From a virus, in IMG/VR virus record IMGVR_UViG_3300042307_001176, positions 1 to 64,000 of that record: a stretch of 64,000 nucleotides of DNA, one strand, 5' to 3'. The translations under genes were made by a program, and so were the position numbers. The notes below the pieces were generated by a model that was not told the origin of the DNA, searched no databases, and saw only the letters and a program-made list of their open reading frames with translations. Positions 54,762 to 64,000 of the stretch are shown here, piece after piece. Position 1 is the first letter of the stretch. Each line of letters begins with the position of its first letter.

Positions 54762-56114
54762 ATGAAAAAAATTATATTAGGTCTATTAATGATTTTTGTA
54801 GGACTATTTATTGTACTATATTCATGTATTAAAAATAAAAAAATCACACCAGTTCAATTCCCAGATGTAGCAATCCAAAATTTTAAATTTCCAGAGGATT
54901 CAACAACTATTAATCAGTGGTTATCTAAACAAGACACCGCACAGATTATAAGTCATGCATGGGGTATTTGGGCAGGTTTAACTGAACCTACTGATCAAAA
55001 ATATAACGGCCAAACTTTATTAGTGTTTGAAACATGGTTAGGTATACAGGAAATAGCAAATTCGTCAAATAATAACACTTCTAAAATTAATAGAACTGCA
55101 TTAAATGTACCAAAACAATTCATCCATGGAGCATTAAAAGACCCACAAGTTATAGACACTACATTTCAAGTATTAGAAACTGTGTCATATGATCCATGGG
55201 CAGCAAACTTTGCAATATCTAATCAACTGTTGACTGGCTCAAAATTAAGATCTTATGCAGTAAGCGATGGAATTGGTTCTATACCAGATTTTCCCAATGC
55301 ATCTATTGTAACTAAACCTACATACTATACGGGAATACCAGATAAGAATAGTTTAATCAGAGTTCCTGTTTGGGTATCACCAGTTCCTGCTAAGGCGTTC
55401 AGGTCTTCAGATTGGAAAACTTGGGTTTATGCTGATATTAACAACCGTCAGAAACCCAATAAGATTTTAGTTCCTGTCACTTCTTCAAATCCCTCTAAAA
55501 AAGAGATTGAAAATGCAACATGCAACCTAAACGAATTTATTAACTACAAACTTGATGAAGAAGGTGCTGAGTATTTAAATCTACACGAGGATTTTAATAG
55601 TACCACTTATAAAGATGGTGATTATGTTTTATTGGTTGCTATGCACGTTGCGACTAAGGAAATTAAAAACTGGACATGGCAAACATATTTTTGGTGTCCA
55701 GATCCAAAAAATCCTCCATCACCAAGCTCAAAATTTGCAGCAGACTTAAAACCTAAAGAATTAAAAGGTGCAGCATCTCATTATGCAGTCAGTGTTGCTT
55801 ATGCAATGGTTTGGCCAAATCAACCAATAACGGGTGGCAGCGACAAAAACACAAGACCTATCATATCATTTAATCCTTATTTAGAAGGAGGTTTTGGACC
55901 TAAAGTTTTTAACTATCCTAACACATATAAACCAGAATTTATTTATGGAATGCAAACTAATTGTATGTCTTGTCATGCATTAGCAACATATAAAGGTACA
56001 GCCGGATATACGACAGATCAATACATAGATATGAAAAATTTAAAACTATTTAAAAACGATATCCAATTAGATTTTCTTTGGTCAATTCAAGGAAATATGG
56101 ATACGCTTAAATAA
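54762..56114 (+). CDS. exported/lipoprotein with C-terminal CxxCH
   Basis: signal with LYSC; AMHVATKE...WTWQT.W; TNCMSCH; DFLW. Confidence 0.7.
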   Translation: MKKIILGLLMIFVGLFIVLYSCIKNKKITPVQFPDVAIQNFKFPEDSTTINQWLSKQDTAQIISHAWGIWAGLTEPTDQKYNGQTLLVFETWLGIQEIANSSNNNTSKINRTALNVPKQFIHGALKDPQVIDTTFQVLETVSYDPWAANFAISNQLLTGSKLRSYAVSDGIGSIPDFPNASIVTKPTYYTGIPDKNSLIRVPVWVSPVPAKAFRSSDWKTWVYADINNRQKPNKILVPVTSSNPSKKEIENATCNLNEFINYKLDEEGAEYLNLHEDFNSTTYKDGDYVLLVAMHVATKEIKNWTWQTYFWCPDPKNPPSPSSKFAADLKPKELKGAASHYAVSVAYAMVWPNQPITGGSDKNTRPIISFNPYLEGGFGPKVFNYPNTYKPEFIYGMQTNCMSCHALATYKGTAGYTTDQYIDMKNLKLFKNDIQLDFLWSIQGNMDTLK

Positions 56115-56137
56115 AAATAAATAAATAAAAACAGATT

Positions 56138-56395
56138 ATGAACGATGAAAATATAATGGGCAGTATTATGCTATTTGCTGGAAATTTTGCACCACAAGGA
56201 TGGGCTTACTGTAATGGAGCAACATTGGAAATACAGCAATACGAGGCGCTATACGCTATTCTTGGAAATACTTATGGAGGAGACGGAGCTACCAATTTTA
56301 AATTACCAAATCTTGTAGGCCCAGTACCTACAATAGGAGTAGCACCTATGAATTACGTTATTTGTACTCAGGGAATTTTTCCAAGTAGATCATAA
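56138..56395 (+). CDS. phage tail collar domain protein (MdpB-like)
   Basis: GSIMLFAGNFAPQGWAYCNG..L...YEALYAILG.TYGGDG.TNF.LPNL. Confidence 0.9.
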   Translation: MNDENIMGSIMLFAGNFAPQGWAYCNGATLEIQQYEALYAILGNTYGGDGATNFKLPNLVGPVPTIGVAPMNYVICTQGIFPSRS

Positions 56396-56413
56396 TAAAT
56401 TATAGACTAATTA

Positions 56414-56713
56414 ATGGAGAATAAAGAGGAAAATAAAGATCAAACACCAATATCAGGATTTGCTGATGTATTTCTTTCAAAGCTAAAAGAGCAGTCATTT
56501 GTGATCATTCTTATGCTTGGTGTAATATATTACCAACACAGATTAATGGAAGAGAGAGTAGCATTTTGGCAAAAGCAATACGAAGAGAAAGAAGCTTATA
56601 TTCAACAAACAGTAGCAAGCGACAAAGAAATCATGTTAGATAGAATTAAGTATCTTCAAGATCAAAGGGATCAATATGCACAAGATGCAATAGATGAATT
56701 AAAAAATAAATAA
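56414..56713 (+). CDS. single-TM coiled-coil protein (holin-like candidate)
   Basis: FVIILMLGVIYY then a charged helix; near the endolysin. Confidence 0.55.
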   Translation: MENKEENKDQTPISGFADVFLSKLKEQSFVIILMLGVIYYQHRLMEERVAFWQKQYEEKEAYIQQTVASDKEIMLDRIKYLQDQRDQYAQDAIDELKNK

Positions 56714-56721
56714 AAACTGAA

Positions 56722-57537
56722 ATGGATTGGATGGAATCCGCACTAGGAGAAATTACAATATTTGCTGGATCATCAAGAAATCTACCAAAAGGGTGGATTT
56801 TTTGTAACGGTCAAACTCTAAATGAAATGCAAAATAATGCCTTATATGCAGTTATAGGAGATTCATACGGGACTAAAGATCCTAATCACCAAGTTTTTTA
56901 TATACCAAATATTACAAATATTTCTTCTAATGCTGAAGATTGGGATGATAGCCCAGCTTTAAGATATATGATGGGTATTAATTCTGATTGTTCTATGTGG
57001 CCTTATGCAGAATCAGATAACGATAATTCAATAATTAACGGAATAACCGGATCAATTATATTATTTTCTGGAATTTTTATTGAGGGATCTGATAATAAGA
57101 CTTTAGGTAAAAGCTGGAGACTCTGTGATGGAAGAATATTAGAAATAACAGATTATCCTATTCTATTTAAATTGATAGGAACTAAATACGGTGGAAATGG
57201 AATTACCACGTTTGGTCTTCCAAATCTCTCCGGTCCATCAAACAATTCGGTAAAATATTTTATGTGCGTTGATGGAATTTCACCTGATGATAGTGGTGAA
57301 GGATATTCAGGAGAAATCAGATTATTTGGTGGAGATACTGCACCACAAGGATGGATTTTTTGTAACGGAAAAGCTTTAAAAGTTCAAGACTATTCGCCTT
57401 TATTCTGTCTTATAGGATGTACCTATGGTGGAGATGGTGTACATACATTTGAATTGCCAAATATTCCTAGCCCAGAGGGAACTACATTAAAATATATGAT
57501 ATGTGTCAATGGTATTTGGCCAGTATCAGAGGACTAA
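56722..57537 (+). CDS. triple tail-collar domain protein
   Basis: three repeats of GxIxxF.G...GW..CxG..L.....L...IG..YG. Confidence 0.88.
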   Translation: MDWMESALGEITIFAGSSRNLPKGWIFCNGQTLNEMQNNALYAVIGDSYGTKDPNHQVFYIPNITNISSNAEDWDDSPALRYMMGINSDCSMWPYAESDNDNSIINGITGSIILFSGIFIEGSDNKTLGKSWRLCDGRILEITDYPILFKLIGTKYGGNGITTFGLPNLSGPSNNSVKYFMCVDGISPDDSGEGYSGEIRLFGGDTAPQGWIFCNGKALKVQDYSPLFCLIGCTYGGDGVHTFELPNIPSPEGTTLKYMICVNGIWPVSED

Positions 57538-57548
57538 ATAAAAAAAAT

Positions 57549-58154
57549 ATGAAAATAAACACACAAGAGCAAAGATTACAAGAATTAACTAACATTGCCC
57601 CAACAGTATCCGTCAAAATGGATATGGAGTGGTTGGGCTCAACAACTAACACTGCAGACTTCCTGATTCGTTTGACAAACACTGGTACATCAGTAGTTAA
57701 ATTAAATGCTTTAATTATACGCGGGGTTCATTCACCAAAGATAACAACAGGAACTATAACATGGAAAGCATTAAATGACAATACTGATCCTAAGTGGTTA
57801 GGTTGGCCTAAGGTAACAACTAACTTACCTTATATTTCAGGGCAAAGAAAATTAAATTTCTCTTCAGCAACAAATATCTTCACTAACGAAACAGCTCCTA
57901 TTATACCAACCGGAACAGGAGTAGTAGTTGGAACCTTTAGGGTTTCTACATCAACAACATGGAACCCAAATAGTGATTTTGGTTTTGTATGGGAAATGAC
58001 AACAGGTGGAGTAGTTGGTTACGTAAATTTCGACAAACCATCTACGACTTCAGCGTCACCAGTTGGTTTTTTACATTATGGTCCAATCACATCTAATTCA
58101 ATAGGTAAATGTTTAACAGTAACAGCATCAGTTAAACAAACATTAAATAAATAA
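57549..58154 (+). CDS. hypothetical beta-rich protein; start likely 57549
   Basis: MKINTQEQ follows an A-rich leader. Confidence 0.65.
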   Translation: MKINTQEQRLQELTNIAPTVSVKMDMEWLGSTTNTADFLIRLTNTGTSVVKLNALIIRGVHSPKITTGTITWKALNDNTDPKWLGWPKVTTNLPYISGQRKLNFSSATNIFTNETAPIIPTGTGVVVGTFRVSTSTTWNPNSDFGFVWEMTTGGVVGYVNFDKPSTTSASPVGFLHYGPITSNSIGKCLTVTASVKQTLNK

Positions 58155-58161
58155 AAATAAA

Positions 58162-59526
58162 ATGACAGACAAAAAACACAAACACGTTAATGCAGACGCT
58201 AACGTTTCAGTAGAAACTAATGATAGCGTTTCAACACAGACAGGAAATGAAAATGCTGGTGCAAGTGCCGATGCATCATATTCAGCAAGTGCAGAAGCTA
58301 GCGCTCATGCAGAAGCAGGTATAGACGGAACTATGGCATCTGCATCCGCTGAAGCTGGTGTAAGTGCAGAAGTATCCGCCGAGGCAAATGCCGAAGCTCA
58401 TGCTAATCAAGATTTAGGTGGCGGTGTTAGTATAGGTGCTGAGGCTGATGTAAGTGTATCTGCAAGTGCTTCTGCTGAGGCAAGTGCTGAAGCGCACGCC
58501 GAAGCTGGATGGGACGGATCTGATGCTAAAGTTGAAGGTGGTGCTTCAGTAGAAGCAAGAGTTGAAGTAGCTGTAGATGCAAACGCACATACTGAAGCTG
58601 GTCTTGATACTCCGCTTGGAGAAGTTAAAGTTGAAGCAGATGCTGAAGGACACGCAGGTGCTTATGCAGAAGCACACGCTGGCGTAGAAGGACATGCTAG
58701 TGTGGGTGAACACGGTGTAGATGTTGGAGGTGGAGCTATGGCTGGTGCCGGTGTTGGTGTTGAAGCTGGCGGAAGTGTTGGTGTCAATACTCCAATTGGA
58801 GGTGCGGAGGCAAACGCTTCAGCTGGAGCTAGTATTGGTGTTCAAGTTGGTGCTGAAGGAGAAGCTCATGGAACTTTTAATGATGGGGAAGTAAGCGTAG
58901 GAATTAGCGGAGAAGCTGCTTTACTCGTTGGACTTGACGCTGATATTAATGTTAATCTTGATTTGAATCCTGCTATTGATTTAGGCAATGCAATTGCTGA
59001 CGGTGAGGCTGAGGAAAAAGCTAAAATGGTAGCACAGGAAGCAGAAAGACTAGCAAACCAAGCTAGAGAAGATGCTTTAAGAGAAGCTGATAGATTAGCA
59101 CCAGAAGCAGAAAGGCTAGCAAAACAAGCTAGAGAAGATGCTTTAAGAGAAGCTGATAGATTAGCAGAAGAAACAGCAAGACTAGAAAATCAAGCTAGAG
59201 AAGATGCTCTAAGAGAAGCTGATAATCTAAAAAGAATTGCTGAAGAACAAGCTGAAGCTGCTCGAAAAGAAACAGAAAGATTAGCAAATGAAGCCAAAGA
59301 AGCTGCTGAAGCCGCTCAAAGAGAAACAGATAGATTAGCAAATGAAGCTAGAGAAGCTGCTGAAGCTGCTCAAAGAGAAACAGATAGATTAGCAAATGAA
59401 GCTAGAGAAGCTGCTGAAGCTGCTCAAAGAGAAACAGAAAGAGTAGCTAGAGAAGCACAAGATGCTTTAAATAAAGCTGCAGAAGATGCTAAAAAATCAA
59501 AATGGAACCCTAAAAATTGGTTTTAA
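58162..59526 (+). CDS. Ala/Gly/Glu-rich repeat protein with C-terminal coiled-coil repeats
   Basis: alternating AEAxA strands; 22 aa x3 and 18 aa x3 repeats. Confidence 0.8.
   Translation: MTDKKHKHVNADANVSVETNDSVSTQTGNENAGASADASYSASAEASAHAEAGIDGTMASASAEAGVSAEVSAEANAEAHANQDLGGGVSIGAEADVSVSASASAEASAEAHAEAGWDGSDAKVEGGASVEARVEVAVDANAHTEAGLDTPLGEVKVEADAEGHAGAYAEAHAGVEGHASVGEHGVDVGGGAMAGAGVGVEAGGSVGVNTPIGGAEANASAGASIGVQVGAEGEAHGTFNDGEVSVGISGEAALLVGLDADINVNLDLNPAIDLGNAIADGEAEEKAKMVAQEAERLANQAREDALREADRLAPEAERLAKQAREDALREADRLAEETARLENQAREDALREADNLKRIAEEQAEAARKETERLANEAKEAAEAAQRETDRLANEAREAAEAAQRETDRLANEAREAAEAAQRETERVAREAQDALNKAAEDAKKSKWNPKNWF
59038..59460 (+). repeat. coding tandem repeats (66 bp x3, then 54 bp x~3)
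   Basis: 54 bp units start at 59302, 59356 and 59410. Confidence 0.85.
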
Positions 59527-59565
59527 TTAATAAAAAAACAACTACAAAATAAATAAAATAAAGCA

Positions 59566-60165
59566 ATGTATACAAGAGAACAAATTGAAGGTGCGGTTAA
59601 AGCCAAGGGTTATGTCTATTTTGAAGACGCTAACAAAAAAGGATTTGATGTTAATATTATTGGAATTAGAAATTCTTCTACAGGACAGAAGGTTACTAAC
59701 GCTTTTGACGATCTATTAACTATATCATACAAAGATGAAACTGGAGCTTGGAAATATCACGAATGGCCAGCTACAACAGATCCAGGAAAAAAAGGTGTTT
59801 TGGAATACCACAATACAGCTGGTGTAGCTAGACTAGTAGAAGGTCAATATAGAGGATCTCACACAATTAGATTACATCAAGGTAAATATGAAGCATTAGG
59901 ACAAGCTAAAAACGTTAAAGTTTATAGAGATGCTAATAAAGATCTAAACTATGATGAGAATAAAATTCAAGAAGGAGTATTTGGTATAAATATACACAAA
60001 GCTGGAGCAGATTCAACTTATGTTGAAAACTGGTCTGAAGGATGTCAAGTATTTAAAAAATCAGCCGATTTTGAAGCGTTTATGAAAATTTGTAGAAAAT
60101 CAAAAGATTTACACGGCAATTCATTTACATATACATTAATTGAATCAACAGATATTAAGGTTTAA
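59566..60165 (+). CDS. L,D-transpeptidase-fold (YkuD-like) putative cell-wall enzyme
   Basis: TTDPG, FGINIH.A, WSEGCQV (His and Cys catalytic pattern). Confidence 0.75.
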   Translation: MYTREQIEGAVKAKGYVYFEDANKKGFDVNIIGIRNSSTGQKVTNAFDDLLTISYKDETGAWKYHEWPATTDPGKKGVLEYHNTAGVARLVEGQYRGSHTIRLHQGKYEALGQAKNVKVYRDANKDLNYDENKIQEGVFGINIHKAGADSTYVENWSEGCQVFKKSADFEAFMKICRKSKDLHGNSFTYTLIESTDIKV

Positions 60166-60260
60166 ATTCTATTAAAATTTATATAATAAATCTTTTAATA
60201 CATATTTCATAGGACTAATTTTAGCAACGGTGTTTAGTGATCTGATCACTATGAAATATC

Positions 60261-61718
60261 TTATACCTCGATTCCGTCTTGTATTGTCCATGATTTTATA
60301 CCTGTCAAGTAACCCTTTCCTACAGCACCTGCTGCTGTATAGTCTGCTGATCCAAAACTTATAGTTATTCCTGATTGTACTGTTTTAGGAGAAGCAATCC
60401 ATCCATTATAAATAGCATCTAAGTTAGCATTAGAGAAAGTAGCATTTGTTTTAGTAACCATAAAGTCTACAAAGTTTGTGACATTACCTACATTCCAAGC
60501 TCCTATGTTTTGATTGAATGCAGTAGCTGTATGGAACATATGATTCATATCAGTAACAGCTTCTGTGTCCCATGTACCAATAGGTTGATTAAAGACATAA
60601 CAAGAAGCAAACATAAAACTCATATCAGTAACAGCTTCTGTGTTCCATGAACCAATAGGTTGATTAAAGACATGACAATTAATAAACATAGACTGCATAG
60701 TAGTTACTAATGCTGTACTTGTAAATGTTAATGGTTGATTAAATACTTCACACGAACCAAGCATGGTATCCATATTAGTAACTGCAGAGGTGTTGAATGT
60801 TAATGCACTATTTAGTGATGTGCATCCTAAAAACATGGCCTCCATATCAGTAACAGCTGCTGTATTAAATGATAATGGTTGATTAAATGCTGCGCAACCC
60901 CAAAACATAAAACTCATATCAGTAATTGCCGATGTATTCCAAGAATTAATATTATTGATAGTAGTGAGAGATAAGCACTCCCAAAACATACCCTCAAGAA
61001 TGACAACCCCCGTCAAGTCAAGCACATCAGATACTGACGATAAATCTAAGTTGGCACATTCGTAAAAATAAACCCCTTGATTATTTCCGAATCGTAACTG
61101 TCCCCATTGTACTACTGATTTAATTTTTAATTTACTATCAGCGACTACTCCAAAATTCCAGCCAGTGCAAGTTCCATTTATTACCACTGTATATGTTCCT
61201 GCTGTTGTATATTGATGTGTTCTGTTATCATAGCTATTAGCAGATGTATTACCATCTCCCCAATCTATAGTGCCTGAATAAGTGCCTCCAACTAAATACG
61301 GTAATGTAATACTTTCACTTGGAGTTGTAGTAGCCCACGTAGTAGTGAAAATTCCAGCACCATATGATGTCCAATATCCATTAACACTTAGCCAACCTAA
61401 ACACAATCCAACAGTTGTAAAGCTCTGATTAAAATAAGAATTAACTAATGCAATAAATGACACATCAGTTAGATCAGAAGTTCTAATAAAAGCAACTGAA
61501 GCAGTAACACCAGATACTGGTGTTGGTTGGGAATCATCAGGTACGGGTCTAGCTATAATATAGCCTAAATTCTCATCTGGACCCATCCACCATTCAAGTC
61601 CAGTTGATGCAAATCCAGCAGTTGGTGTACCAATTGCTAGACTTCCTAGTTGAATTGTTCCGGGTATTGGTACTATTGGTGATCCATTATTGTATGCAAA
61701 CGGTCTACTTGTTGACAT
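60261..61718 (-). CDS. BspA/DUF285 repeat surface protein with PKD-like domain
   Basis: IDWGDG, H.Y..AGTY.V.I.G; repeats W.T.AVTDM..MF..C..FNQP. Confidence 0.88.
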   Translation of the reverse strand: MSTSRPFAYNNGSPIVPIPGTIQLGSLAIGTPTAGFASTGLEWWMGPDENLGYIIARPVPDDSQPTPVSGVTASVAFIRTSDLTDVSFIALVNSYFNQSFTTVGLCLGWLSVNGYWTSYGAGIFTTTWATTTPSESITLPYLVGGTYSGTIDWGDGNTSANSYDNRTHQYTTAGTYTVVINGTCTGWNFGVVADSKLKIKSVVQWGQLRFGNNQGVYFYECANLDLSSVSDVLDLTGVVILEGMFWECLSLTTINNINSWNTSAITDMSFMFWGCAAFNQPLSFNTAAVTDMEAMFLGCTSLNSALTFNTSAVTNMDTMLGSCEVFNQPLTFTSTALVTTMQSMFINCHVFNQPIGSWNTEAVTDMSFMFASCYVFNQPIGTWDTEAVTDMNHMFHTATAFNQNIGAWNVGNVTNFVDFMVTKTNATFSNANLDAIYNGWIASPKTVQSGITISFGSADYTAAGAVGKGYLTGIKSWTIQDGIEV

Positions 61719-61798
61719 TTTATAATATTTTTTTTAATGAAACAATAAATCCTTTTCTATTTAATCTATTAATGTCATTTAGTTTCATAAAGTATATA

Positions 61799-62071
61799 TT
61801 ATGTTGATCTAGTAATTTTAACATTCAAAGGAGTGGAACCTTTTATAATTCGGTGCCATTCCCCTTTTTTTATTTCTATAGTTCCTTCCATTTTAATTGG
61901 GAGCTGATCGTCAAATTGGAACTTCCAATCGTTATCATTTAGTATCTCTACTACTCGATCCTCCATATCTATATGCCATTTAAGTTCCTCGTCTATTAGA
62001 TCAGGACTAAAAGATCTTAAAGATATCTTATCTGAAATCCAGGATTCTTCAAATGGTAAATAATTATTCAT
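61799..62071 (-). CDS. small cupin-like protein
   Basis: ELKWH.D.EDR, W.FQ.D..LP, WHR.IKG. Confidence 0.75.
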   Translation of the reverse strand: MNNYLPFEESWISDKISLRSFSPDLIDEELKWHIDMEDRVVEILNDNDWKFQFDDQLPIKMEGTIEIKKGEWHRIIKGSTPLNVKITRST

Positions 62072-62186
62072 ATTTTATATATTAGAAGAAACACAATGGA
62101 ATAATAATACGTGATTGTAATATTAGAATTTATCTGTATACCTAATAAATAAGACAGCAATTTAAAAGGATTAAAATAATATTTAG

Positions 62187-62741
62187 CTACCCTTTTTCGT
62201 GCCTTTTCTTTGCAGCTACTGCATCTAAATACTCTAATAAGGTCATTTCATTAGAATCGTCAATAACGACAAAATTAGTAACTCCTAAATCACAATTAGA
62301 ATCGGTAGTTTTATCAATAATAGATGCACCTAAGATGTATTCTATTTCTTGCTTCATGCTATTTCTAGTAGAAGTCTCGTTAAACTCAAATTCATATTTT
62401 TCTAATACACCAGTGACTCTTTCTCTAAGTAAATGAGCTTCCACTGAAGATGGCAGAAGATTGTTTATGACATTAGAGTTGTATAGGTATTTTGCTAATT
62501 CTTTATTTGGAATCATTCTCATCATTACTACCGGTGAAAATGTTTCTTCGTCTATCCACGTATCAAATTCAATATCTTCAATTTTGTCTTTGTGTTGTTC
62601 AAGATAATCTTCTATTACTTCTATACATCCTTCTGGATCGTGTTTTAAATCCTCTAATGTGAATACGAAGAATTTATTTATTGTTGCGGGTTTATTTAAA
62701 AGCGATTCTATCTTATTAAATATCAGTTTCTTTACTTCCAT
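62187..62741 (-). CDS. hypothetical protein, weak tail-sheath C-terminal-like motif
   Basis: FEFNE..TR..., DKTT..N. Confidence 0.5.
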   Translation of the reverse strand: MEVKKLIFNKIESLLNKPATINKFFVFTLEDLKHDPEGCIEVIEDYLEQHKDKIEDIEFDTWIDEETFSPVVMMRMIPNKELAKYLYNSNVINNLLPSSVEAHLLRERVTGVLEKYEFEFNETSTRNSMKQEIEYILGASIIDKTTDSNCDLGVTNFVVIDDSNEMTLLEYLDAVAAKKRHEKG

Positions 62742-63525
62742 CTTTTATTTTATATTTTTCTTCTAGTGGTAAAAGTATTCTCCAGTTCTTTGGCAGGAAT
62801 TCATTTTTTTCTGGATCTATATGTACAAACTCTCTCCATTCTCCAAAAAGATCTTTGCCATTTTTTATTTTGTCAAATATATAATTCTCGTCTTTGTAAT
62901 AATCGGTATTATATTCTTGATGTGAAAAATCATTTAGCTTTGCTGATATCCTAGAAGGACCTCCAAAATAAGTAAAATGCCATCCGCCCTTTTCCCACCA
63001 TTGACAATCGAAAGTTAATCTACATCCTTCTATACTCCTAGATTTAAGATTTCCCCAGTTTATAACCTTAGGGTGATACCATTTATCCTTTTGCTTATTT
63101 GAAAGAGAACCGAAGTAGTTATCCATTTCTAATTTAAAAATGCCATTAAGATTGTATTCTTTTTTGATGTGTGATATTATTTCAGGATTAGGAATTTCAT
63201 CTAGGTCTGTGATAATAACTACTGAATTATCATTAAGACACATTGAATGAAGAAATGGTAATGAAGAATTTCTTTGATATTTTTCTCTGCTCCACGCATC
63301 AGTAAGATTATCAGGAATATAGACTTTTATGTGTGCTACTTTGTCCCACCACTTTTCAAATCTCCATTTGTTTTCTTCGAGTATAAAAGGCTTAAAATCT
63401 CCCTTAAATGTTTTGTTTGCCTCAACTATAATAAACTTGTCTACTACATCGTAAAGCTCCATAAACCTTAGCTCAAGAATCTCTAGTTCATTATAAAAAG
63501 TAAAACAATCTACTACAGTCTTCAT
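62716..63525 (-). CDS. glycosyltransferase family 17-like
   Basis: DCF.FYNE..LELR, EA..TF.G..KP, RE.YQRN, DLDEIP, GWHF.Y, FSH.E. Confidence 0.88.
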   Translation of the reverse strand: MKTVVDCFTFYNELEILELRFMELYDVVDKFIIVEANKTFKGDFKPFILEENKWRFEKWWDKVAHIKVYIPDNLTDAWSREKYQRNSSLPFLHSMCLNDNSVVIITDLDEIPNPEIISHIKKEYNLNGIFKLEMDNYFGSLSNKQKDKWYHPKVINWGNLKSRSIEGCRLTFDCQWWEKGGWHFTYFGGPSRISAKLNDFSHQEYNTDYYKDENYIFDKIKNGKDLFGEWREFVHIDPEKNEFLPKNWRILLPLEEKYKIKDGSKETDI

Positions 63526-63999
63526 TTATATAGATATAATTTTTTCCCATAGAGGTTTCTTAGTAAAAGAAACCTCAAATTTTATAAAATTCTTTTCCGA
63601 ATTTTCTGTGTGTACAAAAGACAATCTTTCATGAAGTGATTTCGATTTAATCATTCTATTATCTTCTATCATAGCAGTTTCTATAACCTCTCTAGCTCCT
63701 TTATTTTCTATAATATAAACACCAGGCTCATTCTCTTGCGTTTTTCTTCCTATTATTATAGTGTTATCAGTGAATCTTTGGAATGGGTTAATAAATACTT
63801 CCATATTTTCTCCTATACTTCCTATAGATCTGATTTCATCTGATGTCTTGTTGTATACATTATTTTCTAAATAAACAAAAGATGGATGTGTCTGTATTAA
63901 TGAGCCAACTGACCCATTACATATAATAAAATTTGCAGGTCCTCTTCTGCTTCTAGCACCGATTAGATTTGATTTAGTTATAATACTTGAAATTAATAA
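63526..63999 (-). CDS. partial (5'-truncated) T4 gp23-like major-capsid-fold protein, C-terminal part
   Basis: frame is open to the window edge: SNLIGARSRRGPANFIICNGSVGSLI...IGSIGENMEVFINPF matches gp23 AN.I...TRRG.GNFII.S..V...L...G.L...VYIDPY. Confidence 0.7.
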   Translation of the reverse strand, partial: LLISSIITKSNLIGARSRRGPANFIICNGSVGSLIQTHPSFVYLENNVYNKTSDEIRSIGSIGENMEVFINPFQRFTDNTIIIGRKTQENEPGVYIIENKGAREVIETAMIEDNRMIKSKSLHERLSFVHTENSEKNFIKFEVSFTKKPLWEKIISI

Positions 64000-64000
64000 T

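Noticed and set aside
59038-59460. Possible CRISPR array
   Set aside because: The repeats are contiguous in-frame coding units without unique spacers, and no cas genes are seen.
1-64000. Stop-codon reassignment (TAG or TGA), as in some Bacteroidota phages
   Set aside because: Recognisable proteins are full length under code 11, and TAG/TGA end genes at natural boundaries (e.g. 11017 TAG, 13942 TGA).

Overview
AT-rich, gene-dense 64 kb segment of a large (jumbo/huge) tailed phage genome, most likely infecting Bacteroidota. Host evidence: a Bacteroidota-type primary sigma factor, TAnnTTTG -7 boxes, a T9SS C-terminal sorting domain and A-rich leaders without Shine-Dalgarno sequences. T4-like affinity is suggested by a Dda-like helicase and a partial gp23-like capsid-fold ORF at the right edge. 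The standard genetic code fits. Main observations: (1) about 18 otherwise unrelated proteins share an N-terminal tag (MKH[IL]KxFExF..NE) resembling the T4 capsid-targeting sequence, and most sit behind a GATATATA box; three also share a C-terminal KGxxMxx[RK]F tag. (2) A second promoter class, AATC[AG]TTTTTT-N17-TAnnTTT[GA], occurs 9 times with invariant spacing, only before untagged genes. (3) An 8.6 kb minus-strand operon encodes secreted/envelope proteins (T9SS-CTD cohesin/dockerin protein, two CsgG-like paralogs, a Q/N/G-rich beta-barrel-like protein, a C-type lectin-dockerin protein, a nuclease and an HExxH peptidase) and is preceded by a three-hairpin RNA element. (4) A tRNA-like RNA has an expanded anticodon domain. 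(5) There is a 10 kb glycan-modification island, polyamine genes (SpeD-like, deoxyhypusine synthase-like), NADAR, and lysis/tail-collar genes. All functional calls come from motif recognition by eye; no database searches were run.
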